A stretch of DNA of 64,000 nucleotides from Candidatus Brocadiia bacterium (GCA_050015075.1 JBEKCB010000003.1:171214-235213); one strand, 5' to 3'. Numbered from the stretch's first letter, positions 37,001 through 47,174 are shown. The notes: generated by a model not told the origin, from the sequence alone. Made by a program: numbers and translations.

Positions 37001-37475
37001 GAGAACGGTCCTGCAACCTCAGCGGCCTAAAGGTTCACGGAGAAGCCGTCCGCAAGCGCCTGACCTGCGGCGGCCCTGGCGGGCGAACGCAATGCAACGT
37101 CCTGCCGCGTGCGGAATCGGCACAGTATACCCGCGCTATTCGCCGGCGGCAAGGTAATCGGCGCCTACTCGCCCCGGTGAGTGTAACGTTTCGGGACCCA
37201 GGCCGCATCTTTGTTCATTTTCGGGGCGCTGAGTGGTCAGAGTTGTAACGGGTGCAACGGCGCTTCACGAATGTGCGGCGCGGTCGTTCTTGTTCTAAAG
37301 AGTGGCATAACCACGTGCGCCTGCGCGCCCTATGATAATTTCGCTTTCGCCGCTGACCAGGCAGGACTTAACATTTCGGGACGGGGAACGATAATTGCAT
37401 TGTGGGGAAACGGTGACGTTAACGGAGAAATGTCCGAGATTACGGCTCCGGCCAAAGCCTGGGAGAGTGAAAGTC

Positions 37476-37898
37476 ATGAAAAAGACATGTCGGCAAATGC
37501 GGCGCGCTGGGGCGTTCACGCTGGTGGAGCTGATGATCGTCGTCACGATCGTGGCCATTCTGGCGCTGATTGCAATTCCGCTCTATTCGTCGAACACGGT
37601 CTCCTCGATGATGAGCGAAGGCATCGCGGGCGCAGGCTCGATCCGCACCGCGCTGCGGACCTACTACGCCGCCAACGGCGACAGTTACTCCGGCGCAACG
37701 CTGAACACTCTGATGATCAACCTGGTGGACTTGGACGGCAAGTATTTCGCGTCCACGGACTATTCGCTCATCAACGTCACCGCCTCGACGTACACGATCA
37801 AGGCCGGGCCGCCTTCGCAGACCAGCAAGCCCGGCATGCCGTACTACACGATAGACCAGAACGGCTCGGAGCTGGGAACGTACTATACTAACCAGTAG
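37476..37898 (+). CDS. Type IV pilin / prepilin-type protein
   Basis: Basic leader then AFTLVELMIVVTIVAILALIAIP (F+1, E+5). Confidence 0.88.
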   Translation: MKKTCRQMRRAGAFTLVELMIVVTIVAILALIAIPLYSSNTVSSMMSEGIAGAGSIRTALRTYYAANGDSYSGATLNTLMINLVDLDGKYFASTDYSLINVTASTYTIKAGPPSQTSKPGMPYYTIDQNGSELGTYYTNQ

Positions 37899-38186
37899 AG
37901 CGACCGCAGTCGGTGGTCAGAAGCCGGAAGACGGAACCGCTTCGCGAATCGTCGCGAGGGACTCCGCTTCCGGCTTTGGCTTGCCGCACGCACATCCCGC
38001 ATACGCGGGAACCTCCACGACCGCTCGTCCCGCTCGACAAGGGACAACTCTGTCAGCCCGCCGAAAAAATGTTTGACGGTGGCGACCTCCGCAGCTAGAA
38101 TCCGGCCGTACCGGCGATCTGTCGCACGATGGGCGTGAGCCGGCCCTTTATCCCGCGAGCCGCCGCCGAACCGGGCAGCGAGACCG

Positions 38187-39161
38187 ATGACGAGTCGAGA
38201 ACGCTTTCTGCGGACGATGCGCTACGAGCGCCCGGACCGCGTTCCGTACCTCGAAGAGGGCCTGCGCGATGACGTGCTCCAGCGCTGGCGCGCCGAGGGC
38301 CTGCCCGCGGACGCGGACCTGGCGACGATGTTCCATACCGACCGGCGCGAGCAAATCGAGTTGGTCCTGGAGCCTCTGCCGCGGTCGAAGGTCCGGCCCA
38401 CCTCGCGGCGCGGCCTGAGAACGTTGCGCGAGAGGCTGAATCCGGCGGACCCGGCGCGGTTTCCGAAAGACTGGCCCGCGCGCGTCAAAGCCTGGAAGAC
38501 CCGGCGGCATATCCTCGAACTTCGGATTTCCCACGGCTTCTTCCTTTCCATGGGAGCGGGCACGTGGCCGGGGTTCACCGAGGTGATGTACCTGCTCAGC
38601 GATGCGCCCGACCTCGTGCGCGAGATCACCGCCATCCACGGCGAGTTCGCCGCGCGCATGGCCGAGCGCGTGCTCCGCGAGGTGGAAGTGGACTGGCTCA
38701 TCTTCTCCGAGCCGATCGGCGGGAACGAGGGGCCGCTGCTCTCGCCGCGGCAGTACGAGGAATTCGTTCTCTCCGGTTATCGGCCCGCCCTCGACGTGAT
38801 CAGGCGCCACGGCGTGCCCGCCATCTGCCTGGTGACCTATGCCAACGCGCGCGTCCTGCTCCCGAGCATCGTGAACGCGGGCTTCAACTGTCTGTGGGCG
38901 TGCGAGGTGAATACCGACGCGATGGATTACCGCGATATCCGCCGCGAGTTCGGCCGCGACCTTCGCCTGATCGGCGGGATTGACCTGGACACGCTATCCG
39001 TCGGAAAGGCGGCCATTCGCAGAGAGATGCTCTCGAAGGCCGCACCGCTCCTGGCCGGCGGCGGATATATTCCCCTGGCCGACGGGCGAGTCCGCGCCAA
39101 CGTGCCGTTCGAGAACTACGCCTACTACCGGCGCCTGATGGAGAAGATGACGCGCCGCTGA
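38187..39161 (+). CDS. Uroporphyrinogen decarboxylase / MtaA-CmuA family protein
   Basis: MTSRERF..TMRYERPDRVP, LLSP..YEEF, LIGGID, GGYIP..DGRV..NVPFENY. Confidence 0.82.
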   Translation: MTSRERFLRTMRYERPDRVPYLEEGLRDDVLQRWRAEGLPADADLATMFHTDRREQIELVLEPLPRSKVRPTSRRGLRTLRERLNPADPARFPKDWPARVKAWKTRRHILELRISHGFFLSMGAGTWPGFTEVMYLLSDAPDLVREITAIHGEFAARMAERVLREVEVDWLIFSEPIGGNEGPLLSPRQYEEFVLSGYRPALDVIRRHGVPAICLVTYANARVLLPSIVNAGFNCLWACEVNTDAMDYRDIRREFGRDLRLIGGIDLDTLSVGKAAIRREMLSKAAPLLAGGGYIPLADGRVRANVPFENYAYYRRLMEKMTRR

Positions 39162-39194
39162 ATTCTGCCATTGAACGCTGCACAACAATACGCA

Positions 39195-39251
39195 GCTTGT
39201 AGTGGCGCCGTCAGGCGCTACTTTGTATGCCCTGACGGGCACACTACGAGC
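39195..39251 (-). repeat. REP doublet, copy 3 (inverted)
   Basis: Reverse complement of the 8032-8088 consensus. Confidence 0.9.
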
Positions 39252-39414
39252 AACACGCGGAAAAAGACTTGACGGCGCGTTCGCTCACTCATAAGATGAA
39301 AGCAGCATCGTTCGGGGCGGGGCGGCGGACGTGGGGCAGGCACGGTTCGCGGGGCGTCCTGTTCGCTCAGACTTCCGCCGGCCCATGACGAATCCAGTCG
39401 AAAGGGGGCATATC

Positions 39415-40365
39415 ATGAAACGCAGCGAGTCTCGGCCGCGCGGCGGCGCTTCGACTTCGGCGGCGCGGAAGATCAGCAAGGTCGTCAAGAGCAAGCCGAC
39501 GATCGAGGGCGCCGGCGTGCATCTCAAGCGCGCGTTCGGCTTCTACGAGGTCCCGGCGTTCGATCCATTCCTGCTGCTCGACGATTTCCACAGCAGCGAT
39601 CCGGCGCACTACCTGCCCGGCTTCCCGTGGCATCCCCATCGCGGCATCGAGACGATCACCTACATGTTCGAGGGCCGCGTCGAGCATGGCGACAGCATGG
39701 GCAACAAAGGGGTAATCGGTCCGGGCGAGGTGCAATGGATGACCGCCGGCGGCGGCATCATTCACCAGGAGATGCCCAAGGGCGCCCGCACCGGCGCGAT
39801 GTGGGGTTGCCAGCTCTGGGCGAACCTGCCGGCCGCCGACAAGATGATGCCGCCGCGCTATCGCGAGGTGAAGGCGAAGGAGATCCCCGAGGCGGCGCTG
39901 AAGTCCGGGGCGCGGATCAAAGTCATCTGCGGCGAGGTCGAGGGCGTCCGCGGGCCGGTGCAGGACGTCGTAGCCGCGCCGGAATACCTCGACGTGACCA
40001 TGCCGGCCGGCTCGAAGTTCACGCACGCGGTGAAGCCCGGGTATACCGCCGTCGCGTACGTGCTCAAGGGCGAAGGGTTCTTCGATGAGCGGCGCGACGC
40101 CTTCTCGCGGCAGATGTTCGGCGCCGGCTGGTGGGACTCCGCGCCGCGCTGCGTCTGCGGCGCCGAAAGCCTGGTGCTGTACGAGAAGGAAGGCGACCAC
40201 GTCGCGATCTCCACCGAGAAGCAGCCCGTGCGCTTCCTGCTGCTCTCCGGCCGCCCGCTCGGCGAGCCGGTGGCCTGGTACGGCCCGATCGTGATGAACA
40301 CGCAGGAGGAACTGCGCGTGGCGTTTGAGGAATACCAGAACGGCACGTTCATTCGCTCCAGATGA
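39415..40365 (+). CDS. Pirin family protein
   Basis: DPFLLLDDF, GFPWHPHRGIETITY, HGDSMGN, QWMTAGGGIIHQEMP, QLWANLP, WYGPIVMNT. Confidence 0.95.
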   Translation: MKRSESRPRGGASTSAARKISKVVKSKPTIEGAGVHLKRAFGFYEVPAFDPFLLLDDFHSSDPAHYLPGFPWHPHRGIETITYMFEGRVEHGDSMGNKGVIGPGEVQWMTAGGGIIHQEMPKGARTGAMWGCQLWANLPAADKMMPPRYREVKAKEIPEAALKSGARIKVICGEVEGVRGPVQDVVAAPEYLDVTMPAGSKFTHAVKPGYTAVAYVLKGEGFFDERRDAFSRQMFGAGWWDSAPRCVCGAESLVLYEKEGDHVAISTEKQPVRFLLLSGRPLGEPVAWYGPIVMNTQEELRVAFEEYQNGTFIRSR

Positions 40366-40570
40366 TCGTAGTCGCAGGATTCGCTCGGCATTCTCAGCGA
40401 CCACTGATCGAAACGCGTGTCCGAACCGCTATAGTTGACAGTTCCGCTTGAGTACGTTATCATATCCCACGCCGCCATCCGCGCGGTGTTACCGATGCTT
40501 TTGCTCGCGCATATGGTGCAGGGTAATTGTCGAGCATATCAGTCGTGATGTCCATTCTGCGGGGAAGCCC

Positions 40571-42145
40571 ATGAACCGCGCCTTATGCAACCGCTGCCAG
40601 AAGCTCGTCCCGGCCCGCCACCTGGAGCGCGACCGCAAGATATTCCTCGTCAAGGACTGCCCGGGCTGCGGGCCGACCGAGACGCTCCTTTCCTCCAACT
40701 CCGAAAGCTACTGGCGCAAGCGCAAGATGGACTCCGATTTCCAGTACGGAAGCTGCGGCCTCTCCTGCCTGAGCTGCCAGCACAAAGAGCCGAACATCGT
40801 CTTCCTCGACATCACGAACCGCTGCAACTTGAACTGCCCGATCTGCATCAACAATACGCCCTCGATGGGATTCCTGTTCGAGCCGCCGATCTCGTACTTC
40901 GACACGATCTTCAAGCACTTCGCCGAGCGCACGCCGAAGCCCTCCATCCAGCTCTTCGGCGGCGAGCCGACCGTGCGCAAGGACCTGATCGAGATCATCC
41001 GTCTCGCAAAATCGTACGGCCTGCCCACGCGCCTGGTCACCAACGGAGTGCGCCTCGCCGACGAGGAGTACTGCCGCCGGATCGTCGAGACGAACGTCAC
41101 GGTGTTGCTCTCGTACGACGGCGAGAACCCCGCGATGTACCGCGCGCTGCGCAACCACGAGGAGTGCGGGCGGCTCAAGCGCCAGGCCGTGGACAACATC
41201 GGGCGACTCGGCGGGACGAAGGTGGTGCTGATGACGCTGGTGGCGAAGGGCTACAACGACACGGAGCTGGCCTCGATCTTCGCGTTCTGCCACGAGCGGC
41301 GCGACTTCATCCGCGGCGTGTACCTCATGCCGCTGGCGCATTCGTGGGACAGCGAGAAGGTGGACCTGAACCCGGAACGGATCACGACCGAGGACCTGGA
41401 ACAGGCGATCGAGAACGCGTTCCCGGAGGACGTGGTGGAGTTCGTGCCGACGAACCTGCTCGGCCGCATCCCGACGCTCTCGCGGCTGCTCGGCATCCGC
41501 GAGGTGCCCTTCGTCGGCGGCCATCCGAACTGCGAGAGCATGTATCTGCTCATCTCCGACGGGCAGCGCTATCGGCCGCTGGCGCACTATCTCAAGCAGG
41601 GCCTGACCGCCGCGGCCAAGGACCTGCTGCTGCTCGAAGACCGCCTGGCGGCCGGCGAGAAATCGCTGGCGCGGAGCCTCTGGGGGCGGACGCTCCGCCG
41701 GCTTCATCTGCGGCAGGCGTGGCAGAAACTCGTGATGTTCAAGGAATTTGCGCGGCTGAGCCGGCGGCACGTCCGCCTCGGCGAGGCGCTCGGCGCGCGC
41801 GGTCCGGCGGCGCTCTGGCGCCTCCTGCGCGTCGGCCTGGGAATCCTCGCGGGGCAGAAGTCGAAGAAACTCCTGCGCCGTTTCACCGCGGTGCAGGCCG
41901 CGCTGCAGATCATCGTCCTGCCGTTCGGCGACGAGAAGAACATGGAGACCGACCGCCTGCAGCGCTGCCCCGCCGCTTTCGCCTACGTGGACCCGAAGGA
42001 CGGCCGCGTCAAGCACGTCCCGAACTGCGCCTGGGGCCTTCACAAGGACAAGGTGCTTCGCGAGATCGCCGCACACTACGCCGAGATGGCGCAGCCGGCC
42101 GCTGAGGCCAAGACGGCCGTCAACGCAGAGATCACCGCCGAGTAA
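40571..42145 (+). CDS. Radical SAM protein of the MJ0619/Tes-like architecture
   Basis: N-terminal CNRC...CPGCG, CGLSCLSCQH, SAM motif DITNRCNLNCPIC, QLFGGEPT, HPNC, RLQRC...VPNC. Confidence 0.85.
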   Translation: MNRALCNRCQKLVPARHLERDRKIFLVKDCPGCGPTETLLSSNSESYWRKRKMDSDFQYGSCGLSCLSCQHKEPNIVFLDITNRCNLNCPICINNTPSMGFLFEPPISYFDTIFKHFAERTPKPSIQLFGGEPTVRKDLIEIIRLAKSYGLPTRLVTNGVRLADEEYCRRIVETNVTVLLSYDGENPAMYRALRNHEECGRLKRQAVDNIGRLGGTKVVLMTLVAKGYNDTELASIFAFCHERRDFIRGVYLMPLAHSWDSEKVDLNPERITTEDLEQAIENAFPEDVVEFVPTNLLGRIPTLSRLLGIREVPFVGGHPNCESMYLLISDGQRYRPLAHYLKQGLTAAAKDLLLLEDRLAAGEKSLARSLWGRTLRRLHLRQAWQKLVMFKEFARLSRRHVRLGEALGARGPAALWRLLRVGLGILAGQKSKKLLRRFTAVQAALQIIVLPFGDEKNMETDRLQRCPAAFAYVDPKDGRVKHVPNCAWGLHKDKVLREIAAHYAEMAQPAAEAKTAVNAEITAE

Positions 42146-42149
42146 AGAC

Positions 42150-42263
42150 TGGAGATTGGGAGATTAGGAAATTGGGAAATTAGGAGCTTAAGGAAGTTGC
42201 CGCGCAGAATCTCCTAATCACCCAATTTCCAACTTTCCTAATCGCCCAATCACCCAATCTCCC
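42150..42263. repeat. Hairpin of 8-nt tandem units (same family as 1711-1803)
   Basis: ggagattgggagattaggaaattgggaaattagg ... cctaatcacccaatttccaactttcctaatcgcccaatcacccaatctccc, between convergent genes. Confidence 0.8.
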
Positions 42264-42270
42264 TCCTCAA

Positions 42271-44775
42271 TCACCGGTAAGTGCTCTTCAAACTCATCAC
42301 GCGCAGTTGCCGCCGGAACGCGGCCGACGAGAGAACGCGCGACGGCTCGACTAATATCTCGATGGGCTTCCCCGGCCGCAGATGGAAGAAGTTGTCGGAG
42401 AAGCGCGCGTCGGCATCGGCGAGTTCGAGCCAAGTCCAGAGCGCCGGGCGGGCGGCGGTTAGACCGACGCGGAAGCCGCCGGCTTCGGCGCGCGAGACGG
42501 CGACCTTGATGCCCGGCTCCGCGAGCTCCAGGTGCTTCGGACGCGAGAAGGTGACGACGTCGCTCGAGACCGACCGGCCGCGGACGCTCAGGTCGAGCCA
42601 TAGCAGCAAGTCGCGCGGGCCGCGCGCGCCGAGATGCGGCTTGAGGTCGAGCGTCCGCACTAGCCGGCTCGTCCGCGCGGCCAGCCGCACCGGATGCGAG
42701 CCGGTCTCCAGGCTTTCGCCGGCCACGGTGGTGACCCGCCAGGACAGCACGCCCGCACACGGCCGGAGCAGGTCGCTCGTCGCGTGCGCTTCCACGCGGC
42801 CAGTCTTCAAATCCTCCACGCCGGAGACCAGCAGCGGCGCGAAGAACCGCTTAGCCATGTAATGCAGCGCCTTCCACCGCTTGAAGTAGTCAATGGAGGA
42901 GCAGCTCGCGACCGGCCAGCAGTCGTTGATCTGCCAGTAGAGCGCGCCCATCGTGCGCGGCATGCTGCGGCGCCAGTGCTCGACGGCGTACTTCATCCCG
43001 ACTCCGTGCAGAATCTGGCTCAGCCAGAGCGCGCTGTCGAAGTCCCTCGGCAGCCGGAACCAGTCGAGCATGTACTGAAAAATCGTGCTGTTGCCGATGT
43101 AGCTGCGCTGGTGCTGCTCCATGATGTACGAGGTCACGTTGCGGTCGGCCGGCACGGTGAAGCTGCGGACGGTGCGCGGCTCGGGGAAGGACTCGAAGCC
43201 GAACTCGCTGCAGAAGCGGTGGAGGTTGGAGCGATAGCTCTCGAACGGCTTGCGGCCGTGCCAGACTTCCCAGAGGTGCGCGTCGCCGCAGGTCGGGTTG
43301 TTGTATTTGCTCCGGTCGCCGCACGGCGTGTGCGGGCTGCCGGGCCAGTATGCGCGCTCGGGATCGTTCCGGCGGACTACTTCGGGCAGGAGCTTGTCGA
43401 AGAGTTTTCCGTAGTCGCGCCAGCTCATGCACGACCGCTCCAGCGACCACTCCTTGCCGACGAGCCCCTGCTCCAGCTCGTTGTTCCCGCACCAGAGCGC
43501 GAGGCAGGCGTGGTGGCGCAGGCGGCGGACCTGGTAGTCCGCCTCGGCGCGGACGCTGCGCAGGAATGCCTTGTCGAAGGCGGGATAGGTCGAGCAGGCG
43601 AACATGAATTCCTGCCAGACGCACAGGCCGAGTTCGTCGCAGAGATTGTAGAAATCCTCGCTCTCGTAGACGCCGCCGCCCCAGACGCGGAGCATGTTCA
43701 TGTGGGCGCCCGCGGCGCTGCGGAGAAGCGACTCGTAGTCGGCCAGGCCCAGGCGCGCGGCGAAGACGTCGGAGGGGATCCAGTTCGCGCCCTTGGCGAA
43801 GAACGGCACGCCGTTGACGGCGAACCGGAAGGATTCGCCCCAGCGGTCCTTCTCGCGCTGGAGCTCAAACCGCCGGAGGCCGATGCGGCGGAAGGCGTTG
43901 TGAAGCAGGTGGTCGTCGGCATCGAGCAGGTCCGCCACAACGGAGTACAGCGGTTGATCGCCCATGACGTTCGGCCACCAGAGTTTCGGGTTGCGGATCG
44001 TCAGGTTGGCGTCGGCGCTCCGCGCGCGGACGGGCGCGACGGCGTGGCCAACGGCCTTATCCTGGAAGAGGACCGTGACGCGGATATGCGTCGCCGCGCG
44101 GGCTGCGCCTTCGACATCGGCGCGCACGCGCAAAGTCACCGCGCCTGAGCGCGAATGTTCCTGGGTGACGTGCAGGTCGGCGATCCGCGGAAGGTCGAAC
44201 GCTTCGATGCTGATCGCGCGCCAGATGCCCGCCGTCACGAGCACGGGCGCCCAGTCCCAGCCGAAGTTGCAGGGTTCCTTGCGGACCCACGCGCGGCCGG
44301 CGACCTCGTTCGGCCCGCCCCAACTCGGCAGGCGGCGCTCCTTCTGCCGCTGCCGGATGTACGGCAGCACGGAATTGAACCGGATGCTGATGCGGTTCTC
44401 GCCGCGGCGCAGCGCCGGCTTGATGTCGAACTCCCAGAGCCGGAACATGTTGTCCGCCGCGCCCACCTGCCGCCCGTTGACCGTCACGACCGCGAACGTG
44501 TCCAGCCCCTTGCACCGCAGCAGCACCCGGTCGCGCGCCAGGACCTCGTCGCCCATGGAGAAGGTGCGCGAATAAACCCAGTCCGCCTCACCGATCCACT
44601 TCACCTTCAGCTCGTTGTCGCGGTAGAACGGGTCCTCGATCGCGCCCGCGTTGAGCAGGTCCGTGTGCACGCACCCGGGCACAGTCGCCGGGAACCGCCG
44701 TCCATTTCCCACGCGCTGAAGTTTCCAGGCGCCGCCCAGATCAATCGTGAAGTTCGGCACGGCGATCTCCTTCAA
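42271..44775 (-). CDS. Glycoside hydrolase family 2, beta-mannosidase-like
   Basis: ATVPGCVHTDL, FGWDWAP, FAKGANWIP, NMLRVWGGG.YE, LWCGNNE, FCSEFG, GALYWQINDCWP. Confidence 0.93.
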   Translation of the reverse strand: MKEIAVPNFTIDLGGAWKLQRVGNGRRFPATVPGCVHTDLLNAGAIEDPFYRDNELKVKWIGEADWVYSRTFSMGDEVLARDRVLLRCKGLDTFAVVTVNGRQVGAADNMFRLWEFDIKPALRRGENRISIRFNSVLPYIRQRQKERRLPSWGGPNEVAGRAWVRKEPCNFGWDWAPVLVTAGIWRAISIEAFDLPRIADLHVTQEHSRSGAVTLRVRADVEGAARAATHIRVTVLFQDKAVGHAVAPVRARSADANLTIRNPKLWWPNVMGDQPLYSVVADLLDADDHLLHNAFRRIGLRRFELQREKDRWGESFRFAVNGVPFFAKGANWIPSDVFAARLGLADYESLLRSAAGAHMNMLRVWGGGVYESEDFYNLCDELGLCVWQEFMFACSTYPAFDKAFLRSVRAEADYQVRRLRHHACLALWCGNNELEQGLVGKEWSLERSCMSWRDYGKLFDKLLPEVVRRNDPERAYWPGSPHTPCGDRSKYNNPTCGDAHLWEVWHGRKPFESYRSNLHRFCSEFGFESFPEPRTVRSFTVPADRNVTSYIMEQHQRSYIGNSTIFQYMLDWFRLPRDFDSALWLSQILHGVGMKYAVEHWRRSMPRTMGALYWQINDCWPVASCSSIDYFKRWKALHYMAKRFFAPLLVSGVEDLKTGRVEAHATSDLLRPCAGVLSWRVTTVAGESLETGSHPVRLAARTSRLVRTLDLKPHLGARGPRDLLLWLDLSVRGRSVSSDVVTFSRPKHLELAEPGIKVAVSRAEAGGFRVGLTAARPALWTWLELADADARFSDNFFHLRPGKPIEILVEPSRVLSSAAFRRQLRVMSLKSTYR

Positions 44776-44835
44776 TGGCCCATGAATCGCGGCACGACGG
44801 GCGGAATTTAGTCTTCGCGAATCGAAAAAGCAACT

Positions 44836-44927
44836 GCTCGTAGTGGCGCCGTAAGGCGCTATTTCGTTTCGCTCGTAGTGGCGCCGCCAGGCGCTGCTTC
44901 GTATGCCCTGACGGGCACACTACCAGC
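44836..44927 (-). repeat. REP doublet, copy 4, with an extra half unit
   Basis: gctcgtagtggcgccgtaaggcgct then a full inverted copy at 44871-44927; overlaps the 3' end of the upstream ORF. Confidence 0.85.
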
Positions 44928-46226
44928 AGAATCCAGGACGGACTTCGTCCACGCCGCATCCAGTTGCGACTGGGTCATGCCCAGGAGCCGCAGCAGTTCG
45001 GCGTGGCACTCCTTCGGCCGCGGGCGGGGCGAGTTGCGGATGAACGCGACCAGCTCCACCCACTCCTTCGGGTGCTCGGTGCGGAGGAAGTGGACCAGGC
45101 TCTGCGAGAGCAGGTAGTCCAGCCCGAAGGCGATTTTTTCGCTCATCAGCAGCGGCTCCAGGCTGATCGGCACGACGTTCAGGAGCCGCTCGCGCAGCGG
45201 CCGGTCGGCATCGGCGGCGTCGCGCGGATCGGCCATGTTCTCGGCCATCCCTTCCGCGAGCCAGCTCGGCGCGCCGAACAGGTGCATCCGGCGGAACATC
45301 AGCAGGTGCGTCCCCTCGTGCCTGACCGTGGGGCGGAACGTCGGCGAGAACCAGACCGCGAAGTAACCCGCCGGCGTCGCGTACCCGCCCGATTTCAGGG
45401 CGGCCGGGTCATGGCGCTCGGCGAATTTCAGGTACGTCTGGTGATACGAGAACAGGAAGACGATCATGTAGGGATCGGGGCCGGGCGAGAACGGCAGCGG
45501 CGGCTCGACGGCGTCCGCGGGCGCGGGGTTTCCGGCGTCGGCGGAGGCCGGTTGCGCGCGTGGCTGGATGCCGAGATCGAAGGGGAAGACCTGCTGGAAA
45601 TTGTCGTACAGCTCCTCGAGCAGTTGCGCCGCCGACTGCGCCGGCAGAGGCCCGGTGTGCGCGAAGATCAGGAAGTGCTTCGTCTCCACGAGGTCCGCAT
45701 CGTCCGCGATCCCGCGGAGCGCCCGGCGGCAGATCGAGACGATCTCCTCTTTCGGCCGCGGCCCGCTCGAACGCTGCAGGGTCAGCGTAAGGTCCACCTT
45801 CCACGCGCCGTCCTCCCGGAGCATGTAAACGGAGGGCCGGAAGCTCAACAGCGGCTCGATGTCCAACCGCGCGTGTTCGGGCTCCGTCAGCGTCACACTG
45901 AATTCCGGCCCGGTGTCCGGCGCAGGCTCCGCTGCGTCGCGCTTTGCCCTGGAGACGGCCATGGCGAAGAAGCGGGCCAGGTCCTCCACCCGGAAGAGCG
46001 AAAGTTTGGCGGCCAACCGTTCCCGTATCTCGCGGGCATCGGCGGAGGCGACGGTCGGAATGATCGCCTCATAAGTTCCCTCGCCGACCGCCGCGCGAAA
46101 CCGCGACACGGCCTCGCGGACCGCCGTTTCGGAATCGGAATCCTCCGGCGCGGCGGTCGCGGGACGCGCGGCCCAGGAACAGAGGAGCAGAATCGCCACG
46201 CAGGCGCCCCAGACAGACCGCCGCAT
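44859..46226 (-). CDS. Secreted HExxH metallopeptidase-like protein (DUF1570-like)
   Basis: Signal peptide MRRSVWGACVAILLL, ETKHFLIF, VRHEGTHLL, PSWLAEGMAE; last residues are read through the REP. Confidence 0.78.
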   Translation of the reverse strand: MRRSVWGACVAILLLCSWAARPATAAPEDSDSETAVREAVSRFRAAVGEGTYEAIIPTVASADAREIRERLAAKLSLFRVEDLARFFAMAVSRAKRDAAEPAPDTGPEFSVTLTEPEHARLDIEPLLSFRPSVYMLREDGAWKVDLTLTLQRSSGPRPKEEIVSICRRALRGIADDADLVETKHFLIFAHTGPLPAQSAAQLLEELYDNFQQVFPFDLGIQPRAQPASADAGNPAPADAVEPPLPFSPGPDPYMIVFLFSYHQTYLKFAERHDPAALKSGGYATPAGYFAVWFSPTFRPTVRHEGTHLLMFRRMHLFGAPSWLAEGMAENMADPRDAADADRPLRERLLNVVPISLEPLLMSEKIAFGLDYLLSQSLVHFLRTEHPKEWVELVAFIRNSPRPRPKECHAELLRLLGMTQSQLDAAWTKSVLDSAGSVPVRAYEAAPGGATTSETK

Positions 46227-46381
46227 AAGGAGCGGCCTCTCCGTTCGCGCGCGGCCTATATTTTCTGGATCTATCAGGAACGCGGCTCTCTTCTTGGCTG
46301 GAACTTCAGCAAGCAACTGCCTGCAAGCGGCAACAAAACGCGGCCTGTCAATATTAAGCCCATGGCGGCCTTGCTCAGATC

Positions 46382-47026
46382 TCACTTTACTCTTCTCACT
46401 GTGATACTCTCGAAACGTGTGTAGAATCCTACTGCCCATGAGGGCTTCTGCATTGTTTCTAGCCAACCAACTTCTTTGTATACCTCACGCGAGTATGTGA
46501 AATTAAAATATCCCGTCTCGACCCCCAACATTTCTCACGTCTCTCCTTCCGACCGCGTTGGCCAAGGTTCATTTCCTTCCAAGTCAACTCTCCAGTCCCA
46601 TAACTCCCCAGGCTTCGGTCCACGTCCTTTCTGGGGGTACATCGGCCCTAGCAGTTCACCGACGATCACAACCTTCTCATCAAGCTTCTTTCCATTAACG
46701 AGAGCGACCTCGAAGTGAAGAGAGTCGCCCTTTGAGTTTATTGTAATCCATTTGCCTCGAATCCTTAACAAGCTTCCGATCGGTTGGCCAAGCTTGCCGA
46801 TAATCTGAACGGTAGCTGGTATGTCTTCTGCTCTAACTGTAACCGGCGGCAGCAGGCCTCCAAGCGGGCCAAGCCCGCCGGCAATCTGAACGGTACCCGG
46901 TATGTCGTCTGATCTAACCGCCTGCTTTTCCTTCACACCGTCACAGGTGCATTGGCGGCCAGCGCTGCAGCCGACCGTGACGGCAAGCAGGACGACTGCG
47001 CAGCACTTTAATCTAAAGTCATTCAT
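46382..47026 (-). pseudogene. Lipoprotein-like gene interrupted by a single in-frame TGA at 46535-46537
   Basis: Lipobox-like TVGC; after GET-TGA the frame continues EMLGVETGYFNFTYSREVYKEVGWLETMQKPSWAVGFYTRFESITVRRVK to a TGA at 46382. Confidence 0.65.
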
Positions 47027-47065
47027 TCGATTGTGCCTCCTTTTTTATTATTCCTCTTCGTGTAA

Positions 47066-47174
47066 GAAAAGGAAAGGTCTCTCGCAAAGACGCAAAGAGC
47101 GCCAAGAACGGCATAATCATGCAGTTTTTCGTTCTTTGCGTTCTTGGCGTCTTGGCGAGAGAATTCCTTTTTTT
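47066..47174. repeat. Hairpin of 9-nt tandem units (CGCAAAGA/CGCCAAGA-type)
   Basis: tctcgcaaagacgcaaagagcgccaagaac ... gttctttgcgttcttggcgtcttggcgaga. Confidence 0.8.

Noticed and set aside
37020-37475. Riboswitch (for example c-di-GMP) upstream of the pilin gene
   Set aside because: No GEMM or other aptamer consensus could be matched by eye.
46227-46466. N-terminal extension of the 44859-46466 ORF
   Set aside because: Overlaps the distal half of the interrupted lipoprotein gene; the signal peptide starts at 46226.
46535-46537. Selenocysteine or an alternative genetic code at the in-frame TGA
   Set aside because: Context suggests Trp rather than Cys, no evident SECIS hairpin, and many genes in the window end in TGA.
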